Shown here one piece after another: positions 30,023 to 48,653 of a stretch of DNA of 64,000 nt. The notes beneath the pieces were generated by a model. That model was not told the origin of the DNA, did not search any database, and saw nothing but the letters and a program-made list of their open reading frames with translations. Position 1 is the stretch's first letter; the number at the start of each line of letters is the position of its first letter. The DNA is taken from NCBI RefSeq assembly GCF_009914755.1, contig NC_060926.1. One strand, written 5' to 3'. The DNA is from the human T2T-CHM13v2.0 reference genome, Homo sapiens. The position numbers and the translations under genes were made by a program.

Positions 30023-30580
30023 AATGTCATCTAAAATACAGGTTTAGTTCTGTTCCAATATAGAAGCTTTCTTCCTTCCCATAGCCCCTATTTTCCCTGA
30101 TTAGAAACCCCAGAACATATTGAATGGAAGTGGAAAAAGTGAATTTCCTTGATTTCTGAACTTAAGGGAAAAACATTAAATTATTTGCCATTAAATATGA
30201 AGTTAGTTGTGAGTTTAGTTGCTGACATTCTTGATTAGGTTGAGTACATTCCTTTCCCTCATTTGTTTTTGTTACCATGGAATGGATGTTGGACTCTGTC
30301 AAATGCTTTTTCTGTGTCTATTGAGTTAATGATATATGTCTTTTATTCTATTAATATGATGCAACCCTTATATCAATTTCACATATTAAACCATCCTTAC
30401 ATCACTGAGATAAATCCCACTCAGTAACAATGCATAATCTTTTATATATTTTTCTTTTTTCACTTTGCTAATATACTGCTGAGGATTTTTCATTACTATT
30501 TATAAGAAATATTGGTCTGCAATTTTACTTCCTAGTGATATCTTTATCTGGTTTTGGCATCAATGTAATGAACGTATTTG
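29880..30580 (-). mobile_element. Old L1M ORF2 fragment containing (TG)n at ~29985-30019
   Basis: Minus ORF 30525-30719 ends ITLMPKPDKDITRK, an L1 RT-region peptide. Confidence 0.75.
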
Positions 30581-32419
30581 AGAGGTATGGTAGATAATAT
30601 CTTATTAAAATTTTAAAATATTTAAATATACTAAACATAGAAAATAATATAATTACATCTACATGCCTATAATCATTTAAATAATAATACATTTTAACAA
30701 ATTGAATAATAAATGCCAAAATTTTATTCTATTTTAACAATGTCAGACATTCAGCAATGATGTCCAATATGATGCTATACATTACTTTATCTTTAAAGAA
30801 CTGTGAGTTACTATTAAAACCTCACTACTGCCATGAATGGTTTTGTAGTTTTCTTTATATAAGTATGTATAATGTGTTGAATATTAAAATAGTTATATTT
30901 TTATTGGCCAACCCTTTAAAAAAATCTTCATTTTAGTCTTTTATTATATTGATGAAAATTTATTTGTGCTTTTTTACCTTTTAATAGATTAGAAGATTTA
31001 CATTCTACTCTACTTTTTAGTGAATACTTTTATGTTTTTTCTATGTATGCTTGTCTTAAAGTTTTAACTAAATCAATACTTTGATAAATTACCTAAACAA
31101 GAAAATGAGGCCATTTATAATTGGATCACTCTTTCCTTTATTATATATTGCATTTTGGATACATTTTTAAAAAATTATTCTGCTATTTTATCTTTTCAGT
31201 TAGTTCCAATGAATGTATTTTTAGTTTTAGAGATTTTATATTTTTTTCTAAAATATTACTCTTCTTTTTATGAGAACCTATTTTTTTGTTTCTGATTAAA
31301 CAGTTTTATTTTTATATTATAATTCAATTCTCTAGGTCTTTTTTGATATAATTTAGCTGTTTGTTGTAATTTATCTTTTGTATTTTAATTATGACATTAT
31401 ATTCAGCATGGCTTCTTTTTATGTAAGGAAACCTCGAGGTTTGGCTGTGGAAGTGCCTTTCTAGATCAATTTTGCATTAGTTTCTGCTAGACACCTGAGG
31501 TATACCATAGAACTTGGATCAATTTTTAATATAATATTCAAAACTTGAGGCTTCCCTGAATAAATGAGTAGTATAAATTTAAATCCCAGTCTTCATGAAT
31601 CCAAAGTCTGTGGCTTCAACTTCTCAGGAGAGATATTTTTCCTTTCTTCCAGAGCTCATACATAATCAAACATGTTTTTATATTATCATCTGCCTTTGCT
31701 GTTAGGTGTCTTTAAAACTCTACTCCATCATTACCTTGAGAATCCCAATTTTCTGTCAAAAAGTTTGTTCCAGTCTTCTACTTTATAAGAAGCTGAGGTC
31801 TTGACACCTATTGCAATGGCAGATTATAAAAGTCTTGCCACTACTATGTTACATCTTTTATCCAAACTCTATTTCAATCCCACCCCTGGGGAAAGTAACT
31901 ATTCATGTATTCACCCCTGTGAAAGGTCTCATTTCTTTGCAATTTCATCTTTGGAGTATCTGAAATCTTCCCTTCTCTCCTGGACACTCGGCTATTCCTT
32001 TTTTTTTGTAATGCAGAATTTCAGATTTTGTAAAAAAGATTTTAAAATTGCTTACTTCAAATGTTAGAAAAGAAAAACTGTACTTACTTTTCTTACATTT
32101 CTGTTCTTTAGAAAAATAAGTCTAGGTTTCAGGCAGTCATGTGGTATGGGGCAGGCACATGTTCACTGGGCCCAGGTGATGTGGTTTTGGGGAAAACTCT
32201 AGTAGGAAACAGATGGCAGAGTGCACAGGACTGTGCTCGTGAGCCACACGGGGTAGTGGCAAGGCTCTAAGTTGAGATTGAAAGCAATTATTATACTGAC
32301 CTTTCCAATCAGATGCCATTTTATATATTTTCTTTTAGCATTATTATTTTACACATATATTATATCTCTTCATCTGTTTGTGATACATAAAAGCTGGACA
32401 GTGACAACTGTTAAAATAA

Positions 32420-35455
<3,036 letters not shown>

Positions 35456-38174
35456 TTATAGCAACAAATGCCTTTTAAAAAGTTTACTAAAAAGGAAAGA
35501 ACATGGCTTACACTTGGGGCTCTTCATACTAAGAATATCTAAATGGAAGTAAAATTTATGTAAAATCAGACTTTATCAAAAATAGAAATCTGAGTTTTAG
35601 AGCTATATGACATTTAAATAACTGAGCATAGCTTGAATATGGCCACATGGGCAGAGCAACCTTATCTGTTTCATCTCTACTTTCTTAGGATTCATCTGTT
35701 ATGAAGTCAAGCCCTTTTTAAATTTTAGAAAACTCTGAACCTCAACTAGGACTGATGAGTGTTTTTATTTAATCCTATCTTGTTCTTTCAAACTGAATAT
35801 CAGCACTGCAGTGAACAGAAACTGCATTAAACAGAAAACTGCTTTAGTGTTTTAGACTATAAAAACCAGTCCTGAGATATAGCCCTTTGTTTATTATTTA
35901 CTTCGGAGTTCGGTCGTGAAGGAAATACCTGATTTTATTATAACATTTGGCACAACAACCTGATCCCAAGATTGTTTTTTAGCAGATTCTATAATAGTCA
36001 ATTAGCTGGTGCCTGCCATTAAAAAGATTTAAAATTATTACCATAAAATGACTAATTTACATTCCTTTCTAGGAAATAAACAACTACAATATGGATAATA
36101 TTAATATTTGAATCTTTAGTTTTCAGCTAATATTACTGACATAATATGTTGATATAAATATTAGAAAAGGAGAGGAAACCCCACAGAAGCCCAGTTAGAT
36201 ACTATGTTCTAGTTGTCTGAGAAGCCTCCAATCTTATCATGTAGAATTTATGGACCCTGTATTTGGCATAGAGATTTGAAATTCAAAAGATTTGTAAACA
36301 GCACTGTCTTAAATAGTACACAGCAAAAATATTTGTAGAGTTATAAAAACTAAAACACCAGAACACATTTTATTTGTGACATTTGAAACACTAAATGAAT
36401 CGTTCAAATTTTTTCATAAAGTAACTACATGCACCGTGCAAGAACATGTTTACCATTATCCTGCTTTATGTATTGTTAATAAAGCATCTACTTGAAATTA
36501 CAATGTAAAATAAAAGAAGAATATGAGAAATAATCTGATGACTACAATTTATCAGACAACTATTTTTTTCAAGTGACATATTGGGGAAATGAGAATACAG
36601 ATTAATAACTAAAATGGCTATAATCAATAAAACAGCAAGGCAGAGAAATGTGTTTAACTATAATTTTGTTTGACTGATGTCTTAAGCATATAAAATTCTG
36701 ATTGAGATTTTGTAGAAAAAATGCACTAAATTTATTCCAATAAAGATTGTGTTATTTGAAATTATATTCTAAACACTACATTACAAAAAACCAGTATTTA
36801 ATATTGGCATTTCTCAATAGAAAAAACAAGTAATTACTAATTTCAAAAATTATATAGTAAAATGATTGCAGAAAATATTAGCCTAACAGAGAAAGTTGAC
36901 TTTTTCTGATTAATCCAGAATTATTCAATTAAATAATCTTTTGACTCTGATAAGCCAGAGGTTTGCAACATTTAAATTGTATGTAATTTTAATAATGCAA
37001 TTATTCCTCTCTTGCTTAACCATTTATTATTAGAGACTTATATCTTGTCAATGAAATGCGTTCTGAAGAAATAGAGTTTTCAAAGTTTACTTTTATTATG
37101 AAAGTATCAAAATGTCAATTTTCAAAGTACAAATAAAATATACATAGAAACTATTGTGCTCATTATATGAAAGTATAATCCTCAATGTTGTGGGAAGCAA
37201 TACATACTAAGGTAGACTTTTATTTAAATAAAAATTATAAATATTGGGTAGTTCTCTGAACTAGATTAGATTATTAGATTGCTAGAATATAAAATAACTT
37301 TTAGTTCTATAACATTCATTGAATTTAAAATAAAAACCAAATTAGATTGGCAACTTCTGGGGCAGATTCTAAAGGGAATCATGATTACTGTTCTTCAAAA
37401 ACTTGCAATCCTGTAAGAGATGAAAAGTCATGTACATTTTTAACAATAATGCAATTATTATCGTTTACTAAACACCTATGAAACTGTACATGTATTACAT
37501 ATGTAATGCACTTGGTGTTTTAATAAATGCTATTTTCTTTATCCTCCAAGGAATTCTTGAAATCTCGTTTTCCCTGTATTACGAAAGAGAAAATTGGAGC
37601 TCAAGGAGATGAGACAATATGCAAAAGTCATATTATCACAGGATTCGACTAGAGGTCCATCTAATTCTATAGTCATTGCAATTCCCAATGGACACAGTTG
37701 TTACAAATTATTAAGCATACCTACTATATGGTATATATACTATGACAGCACAGGATGCAATAAAAAGGATGAATGATGTCACATTATGAAACATTCAATA
37801 AAATAGGTAAGAATGAAACATTATGAAAATGGATATAATATCCAGAAAAAAGACTATCATTTCATGTGCCCTTAATTTCTTTTATGCAGACACTTATGAG
37901 ACCACACTCATATTCATATTTCTAAATCCTCTTGTCATTGCATGATGAAAACAGTGAGTGAGTATTAATGGTTTCCTATAACAATTACACCATTATGCAA
38001 CTCTAACAATGACAATAATAATAATGGCCAATACGAACTTTAAAAGGAAATGATAAATTTCCTCAAAGCAAAGCCTACAGAAAATATCACAATTTCATAT
38101 TACATATGACTAAATAAAAACATCTTTACATTTTTATCTCAGAGAGTATTTTCTTCTTTTAATTCACTAAAAAC

Positions 38175-38325
38175 GAACCACACAAAGAAATGATAATGGT
38201 TTGAGTTTATGGCTATGCTAATTATCTGAATCTGATTCTTACACATTACATATAACAAAGTACCACTACATACCTCATGAATATGTGCAATTATTATTTA
38301 TCAATTTGAAAAATTAAATTTAAAA
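38175..38325 (+). mobile_element. L1MA 3'-terminal fragment
   Basis: 'aaatgataatggtttgag...tatgctaattatct...caattattatttatcaatt'. Confidence 0.65.
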
Positions 38326-39122
38326 AGACAGAAAAAGTGTGATTATTTGTCAAACATCTGCTTTATTTGTTAGTAGTAAACACTCAAAATGTTGTAATCT
38401 AACCAACCTATAGTGAATCAAATTCTATGTGAATTAAATTTACTCTAGTGACAATAGCATCCCTATAACTTAAATAAGATTGCTTCTGTGTTAAGTATAA
38501 TCAACACATAACAATGAACTTATAGTGTTATCAGACTAAATTATTTTTTAATTTATTTTCCAATTTGTATTTCAGTAATGAATACATTCCAGGAATGAGA
38601 CATGTAGTTCTTCCTTCTTGATATTATAATGTAATATTAAGTGTTATGAAACACAACATATAAAATAATCGAATATACGTCTTATTTCTTATGTGTTTCT
38701 ATTTCTGGACTTTCTTCTTTCTTTGTGTGTATGCATGTGTGTGTGCATCTACTTATCATAGTTCTTTATTTTAAATATCTACATATATATATGGCATATG
38801 GAATAGTAAATTTTGTTGACAACTCTTCTTTCACTTTTTTATTGGCTTCGTAAAACTAAATGACCCTTAATATGGACACTAAAATTACCATAAAATAGAT
38901 TTCAAAATAGTGGAAACATGAATTGTCAAATAAAGAGTCTATAAAACTTGAAAATAGCTTAAACAAACATCAAAACATTTTCTAATCTTTGGGTAAAAAC
39001 CATGATTTGAAATATTAATTATCTTCGCAGAATTTTTTAAACCAGTAAATAGAAGTTTTGACACTAAATTATCTTAAAATCCATAGCAATATTAAAGTTC
39101 ATGCCACTTTAATAACAAATTA

Positions 39123-39390
39123 CAGATGATTCTCGGGTTACATCCTGATAAATCCATTGTAAGTTGAAAATATTGTAAGTCAAAATGCATTTAATACAGC
39201 TAATGTACCAAACATCCTAGCTTAGCCTAGTCTATCTTAAATGTGTGCAAAATAATTATACCAGCCTAGAGTTAAACAAAATCATCTAACACAAAGATTA
39301 TTTCAAAATAAAGTGTTGAATATCTCATGTAATTTATTGAATTATGTACTAAAAGCAAAAAACAGAATGATTGTATGGTACCTGAAGCCC
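39123..39390 (+). mobile_element. Tigger4 (Zombi) DNA transposon fragment
   Basis: TA then cagatg...; 'gtaagttgaaaatattgtaagtcaaaatgcatttaatac...agcttagcctag' matches the Tigger4 left end. Confidence 0.8.
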
Positions 39391-39664
39391 AATTTTTAAT
39401 GATAGATAACCATACAGACTTTTTCTGGAATTGTATCAATATTACATGTTTTGGCCCATATTTAATTAAATGACAGGAAAAATGTGTAGACTACTCATTT
39501 TTATGTGTCTTCTATGTGATTAAGATACCTGAATGATTTTAGGTGCATGCCATACGTGTGTGTGTGTGTGTGCTCATGTGTGTCACTGTTAATGATTTTA
39601 GAGTAAGAGAGCATAGTTTGGCTATACATATATAAAGACACATATATATAATATATCATATATT

Positions 39665-41960
39665 TATTTAAAATACTTTTAAGTTTACAGGAAATTTATG
39701 AGAATACTATTTCCACATACCTCACACTATGTTTCCCTGATTATTAATGTCTTACACTATTACTGTGGTACATTTGTCCAAACTATGAACTAATATTGAT
39801 ATAATTTTACTAACTAAAGTCTATTCTTTGTTTGTATTTCCTTTCTGCATTCCATGACCCCATCCAGTATAGTGCATTACATTTAGTTGTCATGTCTCCC
39901 TCGGCCCCTCTAGACTGTAACAGTTTCTCAGACTTTATTTATTCTGGATGATCTTGATGGTTTTGAGGAGTACTTATCAGGTATTTTATAAACTGTTTTA
40001 TAATTTCAATTGTCTAATGTTTTCCTCAGGGTTGGACAGGGGTTATATGTTTTGGGGAGGAAAATAACAAAGAAAAGTTTTGCTTTCATCATATCACATC
40101 AACAGTAGATACCTTGATCACCTGAATAAGGCACTGTTTGTCAGTTTTCTCCACTGCAAAATATTATTCTCCTCACCCCACCAGCCTTGGACTACCATAC
40201 TCTGTAAAGAAGTCATTCTGCACAGCTCAAATTTAAAGGTCAGGGACTTATACTCCACCTTCTTGGATGGGAAGCAACTACATAAAACATTTGTAATTAT
40301 TCTTCTTGAAAGAAGTGTCTATTGTCCCTCATTGATCTGTTCAATCATTTTTTTATATCAGTATAACTCAAGAATACTTATTTTGAACTTTCTTCTTATT
40401 CTAGTATGTTACACTTTACAATGTTTTAATTAATTAATGGACATTTGCTTCTGTTTCGTTAATTCTTTTTTATCCTTTGTATATTTCAGTTTGTGAAGCT
40501 CCTCAATTTCACTGATTATTTATTTCAACATGTGGAGCCTATTGATGAAAGCTTAGAAGACTTTCTTTATTTCTCTTTTGGTGTTTCTTATTTATACCAT
40601 TTTCTTTTTATTTTCAGGGCTTTTGTCTTGGCTTACATAACCCATCTTTTATTGCATGGCATCTACTTTACCATTGGAGTACTTAACATATTAACCTAAT
40701 AGGTATAGTTATCTTGAATTCACCGTCAATAGTTCTAACATCTGTGTTGTATTTGAATCTAGTCCTGAAAATTTATTTGTCTCTTCAGATTGTGTCTTCT
40801 TTTGCCTTTGACATACTTTGTAAATTTTAATTGAAGGCAAGACATGTTGTATTGAGGAATAGAAATTGAAGCAAATAAGACTTGAATGGGAGGGTTCATG
40901 ATAATTTGGCTAGGAGTCAAGCCATGTTTAATGATGTCTATTGTAGCTACAGAAAATAGGAATTCAAATTCCTTTAGCGGCCCCTCTTGGTATTGGGAAT
41001 TCGCTATGTGTTCTCATTGAAGACAGACTTTTTATGTTTTATTTTTTTCAGTTTTAAACACTTATTTTTTAAAGCTGGAGTCTTGTTAGTACAGTATTAG
41101 GATATGAGAGTGTTAGGTAGGAGTGTTTTATAATCCGATTAACTCTCATTTTAAGGTAGGAGTGTTTTATAATCTGATTAACTCTCATTTTATAGGGAGC
41201 CTGTTGGGAATATTTGGCCTTCCATAGATGTTTCTGCCTGTCCTCCACAGGTATAGCTTTTTTTCTCCCTTGCTCCATACTCCTGTCTCTGGCTAAAAAT
41301 TCTCAATATATTTGTTTAAAACTCTGCCCCCTATTGGCTATGTTTTATAGTGAAACAGGAAGAATAGCAGGTGCTGCAGTGTGAAGAATTCTCTTCATCC
41401 AGCTGGGATAAAATTTCAGAGTTGGCTTCAGTGAAGTGTTAACCTCTATTAAATAGTTTTTTGTGTGTTTGTTTTGTTTGTGTGTTAGTAGAGGAGGTTT
41501 TGGTCATGTTTCATAATGGTTACTCTTCTCCTCCCTCCCCTGGGACCATGGGAGTTATTTCTCAGATTCACATTTTGAGAATATGATGAGATACCTAGAA
41601 GTAAAACCAATTAAGGAACAGCCTACATTGGCAAACTGTAGCTTCTGGAGTTTCTCACTCTTATGTTCGTCCATACTCAGTTTGAGAAGTTCATCAGAAT
41701 TACAACTTGTTTTCCTACCATTTTATGGCTTCAGTGGCTTCTGCCCCAAGTAAACAGATTTGAGTTGCAATATCTCTCTGGAAGTACCTGTCTCTTCAGA
41801 TTTTAGTATGGCAGTGTGTCCTCCAACCTCAGTTCTCTGATAAGTCTGAGAAAAGTAATTGATTCTCAGAATTTACTGAGAAAAGTAAATTCTTTAAAGA
41901 ATTTCTTCTTTTAAATTCAAGTGTGGAAACTTCCAAGGTATTTTTATGTCAGACCTACAA
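39665..41960 (-). mobile_element. Old L1MC/L1MD-type remnants
   Basis: Reverse L1M 3'UTR motifs ('tgtggtacatttg...actatgaac', 'acatttagttgtcatgtctc'). Boundaries approximate. Confidence 0.6.
41115..41192. repeat. 39-bp tandem duplication (2 copies, 1 mismatch)
   Basis: aggtaggagtgttttataatc[c/t]gattaactctcatttta x2. Confidence 0.92.
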
Positions 41961-42047
41961 GCAGAAGCTTTTTCATACTGGGTTTGGACTAATTGTACTA
42001 ATTGAGTTTTTAATCTTAGCTAAAATACTGACTTGTGTTTTTTTCTC

Positions 42048-42219
42048 ATATATGTGTGCATGTGTATATATATATATACACACATATATACATGCACACA
42101 TATGCAAATATACATATGCGCATATACATATGCACATATAAATATACATATGCAAAAATATATACATGTATTATATATATTATGTGTGTTTGTGTATATA
42201 TATATATATATATATATAT
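42048..42219. repeat. (TA/CA/TG) low-complexity microsatellite
   Basis: Directly visible. Confidence 0.85.
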
Positions 42220-43258
42220 TTCTGGGATAAGTGGCTCGATCTATTTACTCCTGCATTTCCTAATTTTAAAATAGGAGTAATATTATCTATCACATAGAAT
42301 CGCTGAAAGGATTAAATTTTAAGTGATAAGTTGATCAAATATTTTGATCACAATTCTTGCTAACTAGAAAATATTTAATTAAGGAGAGTTATTATGCTAC
42401 TTTTTCCTTAAATGTCCTGTCCTTTTAAATACCAGCAGACAAATAGAAGGACTCTAGTTCCACAAGATGACATTGGCAAACTTAAGTATTTAATGTACCA
42501 CATTTCTATGTACCGCTTAGAAATATGGATAGGGCAATTAGAACTGACATGTGGTAATTTTTCTTGGCTAAGGCAGAAATTTCTTCTATATATTAGAAGC
42601 TGCCCTAGAAAATAAACAAACAAAATCCAGAAAGAAGACAAAGAGGACTTTCCTTTCTTTTTTTAAATCCAATTATAAGTTACATGGTTGAAAACTCACA
42701 AAATTAGAAAATAACTGTACTTCAAATTTTACATACCTTAGGCATTGAATAGTAATCATGTTTTCAATCAACTTTTTTTTATCACCAAAGTTGCACTACA
42801 AGGCAGAATTTGTTTTCCATCCATCCAGTAGATATTCCTTACTGTGCTAAAATTAAAGAGAAATCTTGCTTATTTGATTATATTATGGCAAGAGCCACAA
42901 TTTTATATTTAATGAAATCCGTTATATGTAACTTCCAACCTTAAAAAGAAAATGTAAGGCATATGGCTTCACCTTGAATTTGCTTTAAATTAAAATACAA
43001 TAAGTACTGTTTCAGAGATGGAAGATAATCACTTAAATGGAAATTTGCAGAAGCTGTTAATCAATATCAGAATATTTTGTATCTCTTCTCCTGCCTGATT
43101 TATGATTCATTTAGTCATAAGTGAAGCTATGAGAAGAAATTAATGACACAGTGGGAAGATGTAGTGATTATGTCTATACTTACAAAACAGACTAGCTAAA
43201 GGTTATCCAGGTTATCCATGCCTCCAAACCTTTTCAGTAATTTTTACAGTACTTTAAG

Positions 43259-43625
43259 CTATAGGTTGAGCTGTGTCCCTTAAATATTCTATTTTGAAGT
43301 CCTAACCCCCAGTAACTTAGAAAGTGACTATATTTGGACATACAGTCTTTGAAGAGGTAATGAAGTTAAAATGAATTCACAATCAAATATAACTACAGTC
43401 CCTATGAGAAGAGAAAATGAGTACACAGACTTATACAAAGGGAAGACCACGTGAAACACAGAGAAAGCACTTATCTGCAAGCAAAAGAAAGAGGCCTCTG
43501 AGGATACAAACTCTGCCAACACCTTGATCAAGAACTTCTAACCTCCAAATTTGTGAGAAAACTAATTTTCTGAGTTAAGTCACTTTTTCTGTGGTGCTTT
43601 GTTATGGTATCCCTATGAATACCAT
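43259..43625 (+). mobile_element. MLT1 MaLR LTR
   Basis: 'tgtgtccct...gaagtcctaacccccag...gtgactatatttgga...aacaccttgatc...ttgttatgg'. Confidence 0.8.
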
Positions 43626-43649
43626 AACAAAGCACCTATAATAAACCTA

Positions 43650-44042
<393 letters not shown>

Positions 44043-45524
44043 CTAAAGGGGCAAAAGCATTTGAAAACATTCAAATTCGAATTCATTAGTATTCAGGGCA
44101 ATGCATATCAATACAAATATGAGATACCACTTTACAACTATTAGCTTGACAAAAATTTAGAAGATGAATCACAGCAAGTGTTGCCAAAATTTTGGGAAGA
44201 TAAAAATCCTTGTGCACAATTAGTGGGAGTGTAAACTGCCACAGGAACTCAGGCAAACAACAAATGCTATTTAATTAAATTATCTGCTTGCCTTCTTTAT
44301 GAAATTCTGCTTGCCAATCTATCCCAAAGAAATATTTGAAAAGGTAAAATCTATACATATATATATATATGATACATATAGTAGATAATATAGAAACCTG
44401 AATGCTCACAAAAACATAATATTTAGTGAAAAGGTAAGAAACATAATATGATATATGGTACAATATCATTGCATAAATTTAAAAATATATGCCCACTAAA
44501 CAAAAAATGAATATAATTAATAAAAATGAGATAAATATTTTATACATAATAGAATTATTCATTATGAAGACAAGAATAAGGAGACTGGCTTTCAGAACTA
44601 TAAAAAGGAACACACATTTAAAACTAAAATAGAATATAAAAATTACAAAAGAAAGGACACACTTTATATCACGTATTTTTTTTAAAGATAAGGAGAGGCA
44701 TAGATTTGGTGTTTGTATTATTTATTTATGTGCCTGGCAAACTAATGCTCAATAAATATTTATTAATTGAATAATTAATGAATAAAAAATGAGTAGATAG
44801 ATAAAAATGAGAGGATATATGAGTGATGATTATAATAATTTTTATATGATATTTAATATGTACTATTGGATTCTGCTAGTTTCTTTCCATATGTCAAATT
44901 ATTTAATCCTAACAATGTTTCTATGAAGTAGCTACTATAAATAATCCTGTCTTACAGATTAAGGAACTGAGGCAAAGAGGTTATATAATTTGGCTAAATC
45001 CAGAAAATTACAAAATGAGCACGTTAGAGACATTTCTTAAAACACACACACAAGCACACACACACAAGCACACACACACACATACCACATATATGCACTC
45101 TCCATGACAAGTTATTTAAGAATGCATGAGATATAAATTTGGAAGCAAGATATGGGTTATAGCTATCAATATGGAAATATTTAAAATTAAGGTAGATTGC
45201 TATTTTGATACAACATTAAAATATTATGTAGATAATGAATGGAAAAATCTTAAGGAAATAAAAATTGCTAAATAAAAATCAAATGATCAACACTCCTAGA
45301 TAATCTAACCTAATTTTTCTGCCTATTTGAATAGGAAGATTTGAAGATTGCTTTTTTTGAATACAATAACCCAAACATATGGAGAAATTTTATAAAAACC
45401 AATAGTATAAATTGGCTTCTATTAATATACGATACTATTTTTACTTGTTTGTCTTAATCTGAAAGATAAGCATTTTTGTGATTGAATTTAGTTACTGTCA
45501 GACCTGATAATTCTAGGTTATTCT

Positions 45525-46364
45525 TTTTTTTAATTTTTTTATTATATTTTAAGTTCTGGGGTACATGTGCAGAACGTGCAGGTTTGTTACATAGGGATAC
45601 ACGTGCCATGTTGGTTTGCTGCACCCATCAACCCGTCATCTACATTAGGTATTTCTCCTAATGCTATACCTCCCCCAGGCCCCCACCCCCCAACAGGCCC
45701 CAGTGTGTGATGTCCCACCCCCTCCATGTCCATGTGCTCTCATTGTTCAAGTCCCACTTATGAGTGAGAACATGTGGTGTTTTGTTTTCTGTTCTTGTGT
45801 TAGTTTGCTGAGGATTATGGTTTCCAGCTTCATCCATGTTCCTGCGAAGGACATGAACTCATCTTTTTTTATGGCTGCATAGTATTCCATGATGTATATT
45901 TGCCACATTTTCTTTACCCAGTCTATCATTGATGGGCATTTGGGCAGGTTCCAAGTCTTTGTTATTGTGAACAGTGCTGCAATAAACATACATGTGCATG
46001 TGTCTTTATAGTAGAATAATTTATAATCCTTTGGGTATATACACAGTAATGGGATTGCTGGGTCAAATGGTATTTCCAGTTCTAGATCCTTGAGGAATCG
46101 CCACACTTCTTCCACAATGGTTGAACTAATTTACACTCCCACCAACAGTGTAAAAGCGTTCCTATTTCTCCACATCCTCTCCAGCATCTGTTGTTTCCTG
46201 ACTTTTTAATGATGGCCATTCTAACCGGCATGAGATGTTATCTCATTGCAGTTTTGATTTGCATTTCTCTAATGACCAGTGATGATGAGCTTTTTTTCAT
46301 ATGTTTATTGGCTGCATAAATATCTTCTTTTGAGAAGTGTCTGTTCATATCCTTCACCCTCTTT
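45525..46364 (-). mobile_element. 5'-truncated L1PA7-like element
   Basis: polyT, L1PA 3'UTR. ORF 45747-46115 is the ORF2 C-terminus. Confidence 0.92.
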
Positions 46365-46366
46365 AC

Positions 46367-46855
46367 TGTATTGTTTTGCTAGAACTGCCTTAGCAAAATA
46401 TCACAAAATGAGTGGCTTAAACAACAAAAAAGTATCCTCCAACAGTTCTGGAGGTTAAATGTGTGACATCAAGGTGTATGTCTGACATCAAGGTATGTAT
46501 CTGACATCAAGGTATTGGCAGATTTGTTTTATTCTGAGGAATTTTGAGGGAAAGATTTGTTTCTAGCCCTTTCTTCTTGACTTTGAAGATGGCCATATTC
46601 TCCTATGTGTCTTCTCATTATCTTCCTTCTCTTTCTTTCTATCTCTGTGTCTATATTTTCCCCTTGTGTAAAATACCCATAATACTGGATTGAAGCCCAC
46701 TGTGATGACCTCATCTAACTTTATTACTTCTATAAATATCCTATCTCCAAATAAGGTCACATTCTGAAAATAAAAACAGTGGCGGCGGGGGTGGGTTTGA
46801 AGAGGTTAAGATTCCAAAATATTTTTGTGGGGCAGGGAACAATTCAACCCATAAT
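46367..46855 (-). mobile_element. MLT1 MaLR LTR
   Basis: 'gtggcttaaacaaca...cagttctggagg...ctatctccaaataaggtcacattctga...aattcaacccataa'. Confidence 0.8.
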
Positions 46856-48653
46856 GAATAACTATAATTGTAATTATAGTTATTTTCTTTGATGGGGGCG
46901 TGAAACTTCATATACTGAAAAATAGAGGATCCATGCTTGGGATATTTATCTTTGAAAACAATCCAATGTTTTGTATCTAATATTTGATACATTTACCTAG
47001 AAATACCTTGACTCATGCTTTCAACCTTTTTTCAAGAGGAGTTTTCTGGAGCAGGATAATTATTCTTTCCAATAATACCTTAGAGTTGACTACTAATGTT
47101 ATTAGTTTATACTTTAAATTTTGCAAATATGGAATTGCTTGTAAATTATGTTAGAGTCAGAATGAATTCTCTTGACAGTCCCAGAATTAAAGACTATTTC
47201 CATGTAATATTTCTTCAGTTTTGCTTTGAAATGATTCTTACCTGCTTATTATAAAATCTAGCACTATTGTGAAACATTCACGGATGTATACAGCCAAAAT
47301 TGAAATCAATTAGTAACTATTTATTATAATTATTAGAATCATTCTTAATTATTTGTTTTGTCATTCTTTTATGAAAATTATTTTAAGGATTTATTTATAT
47401 CAATCCAAACAAAATATACCTAATATGCCAAATTCCATTAATGAAAAGTGAGACAAGATAAGAAAATAACCCAGAGAAACTCAATATTAGAAAGGTACTA
47501 TTTTTTCACTACCTTTGCCAAAAATCTTTGGCTCTCAAAAACAATGATTAGAACAAAACAGCTGGTTTTGTTTTGCTTTATTTTGATTTTGCATATGGGA
47601 ATTGGAAGAAGTAAACTTCCAGAGTTATCTCTGTGCCAGGAATTTATATCTTTTCAATATTTCTCTTTGATAGGGTCCAAAATCCCTGAACAGAAGGTGA
47701 TTCCTATTCCTAGGGATAAGGAAATAATACAGAAACTAGACAATGTAGGTACTATTAACTACATCTTAAGAGCTTTTGAATGTGGCTTGTTGAAAGATCC
47801 TGTAAGCCAATTCTATAGACCAAAAACAAAAGTAATTTATAACAACCTGAAAAAAATGATTAATTATACAAAAATCAAAACATTGGAAGCATTCAGACTA
47901 GGTAAAAACTTATTTGGGTTCATGTCAAATAAAATTAAACTGTAAATTTTGGCCACAATCAAAGCTAATATATTTTTTAACTTATATGTTTGTATTGCAT
48001 GATTGGAGATCCTCTGCACAAATTATATTTGATTAAACTGTTAACTAGATCTTCTTGCTCAGTAACTGGTCTTAAATCTCAGGCTATGCTGTATCAAGAT
48101 CTATGCCCTATGTAAGATTGTAAAAGATTCTCAACATACCTAGCATCTCATGATCTTCTATGACTTTGAGTGCCTGCTTGAACTGAGTTAGTGTAAGTTT
48201 TGAATCATTTCACGTTTTCTACATCCTGCTTGTTTTCTTCACTCTTCACCTAGAATTCAGAAAATACCTTTAATCTCCTCACTACTACACCCATCTCCAG
48301 ACACACACACAGACACATACACACACTCAATTTAGAAAATACATTTGTACTCATTATATGTGTGAAGGAATAGGGAAAAGATTTGCTTTGCTAGAATCTG
48401 AGATAATTAAAATTTAAAAATGGACACAATTTTTACAGAATTCCTTTATATTTTTTTTGCCATACTACATCCTATTTTATTTTATCTCTTCTGTGCCCAC
48501 AAATTTCTATAAATTTCCATTATAAAATGTTTTCACTTATGATGTTACCAATCTTTTGATGTTCTATGCCAATGTGGTTCTAACCATTGGCCTAAAAAGG
48601 TTGTTGATGTAATTTTATACAAAAATTTTTGTTTTGAATATAATTGTTTTTTC

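Noticed and set aside
47448-47945. 165-aa ORF in non-repeat sequence
   Set aside because: GTG start, AT-rich, no recognisable domain or splice context; compatible with chance.
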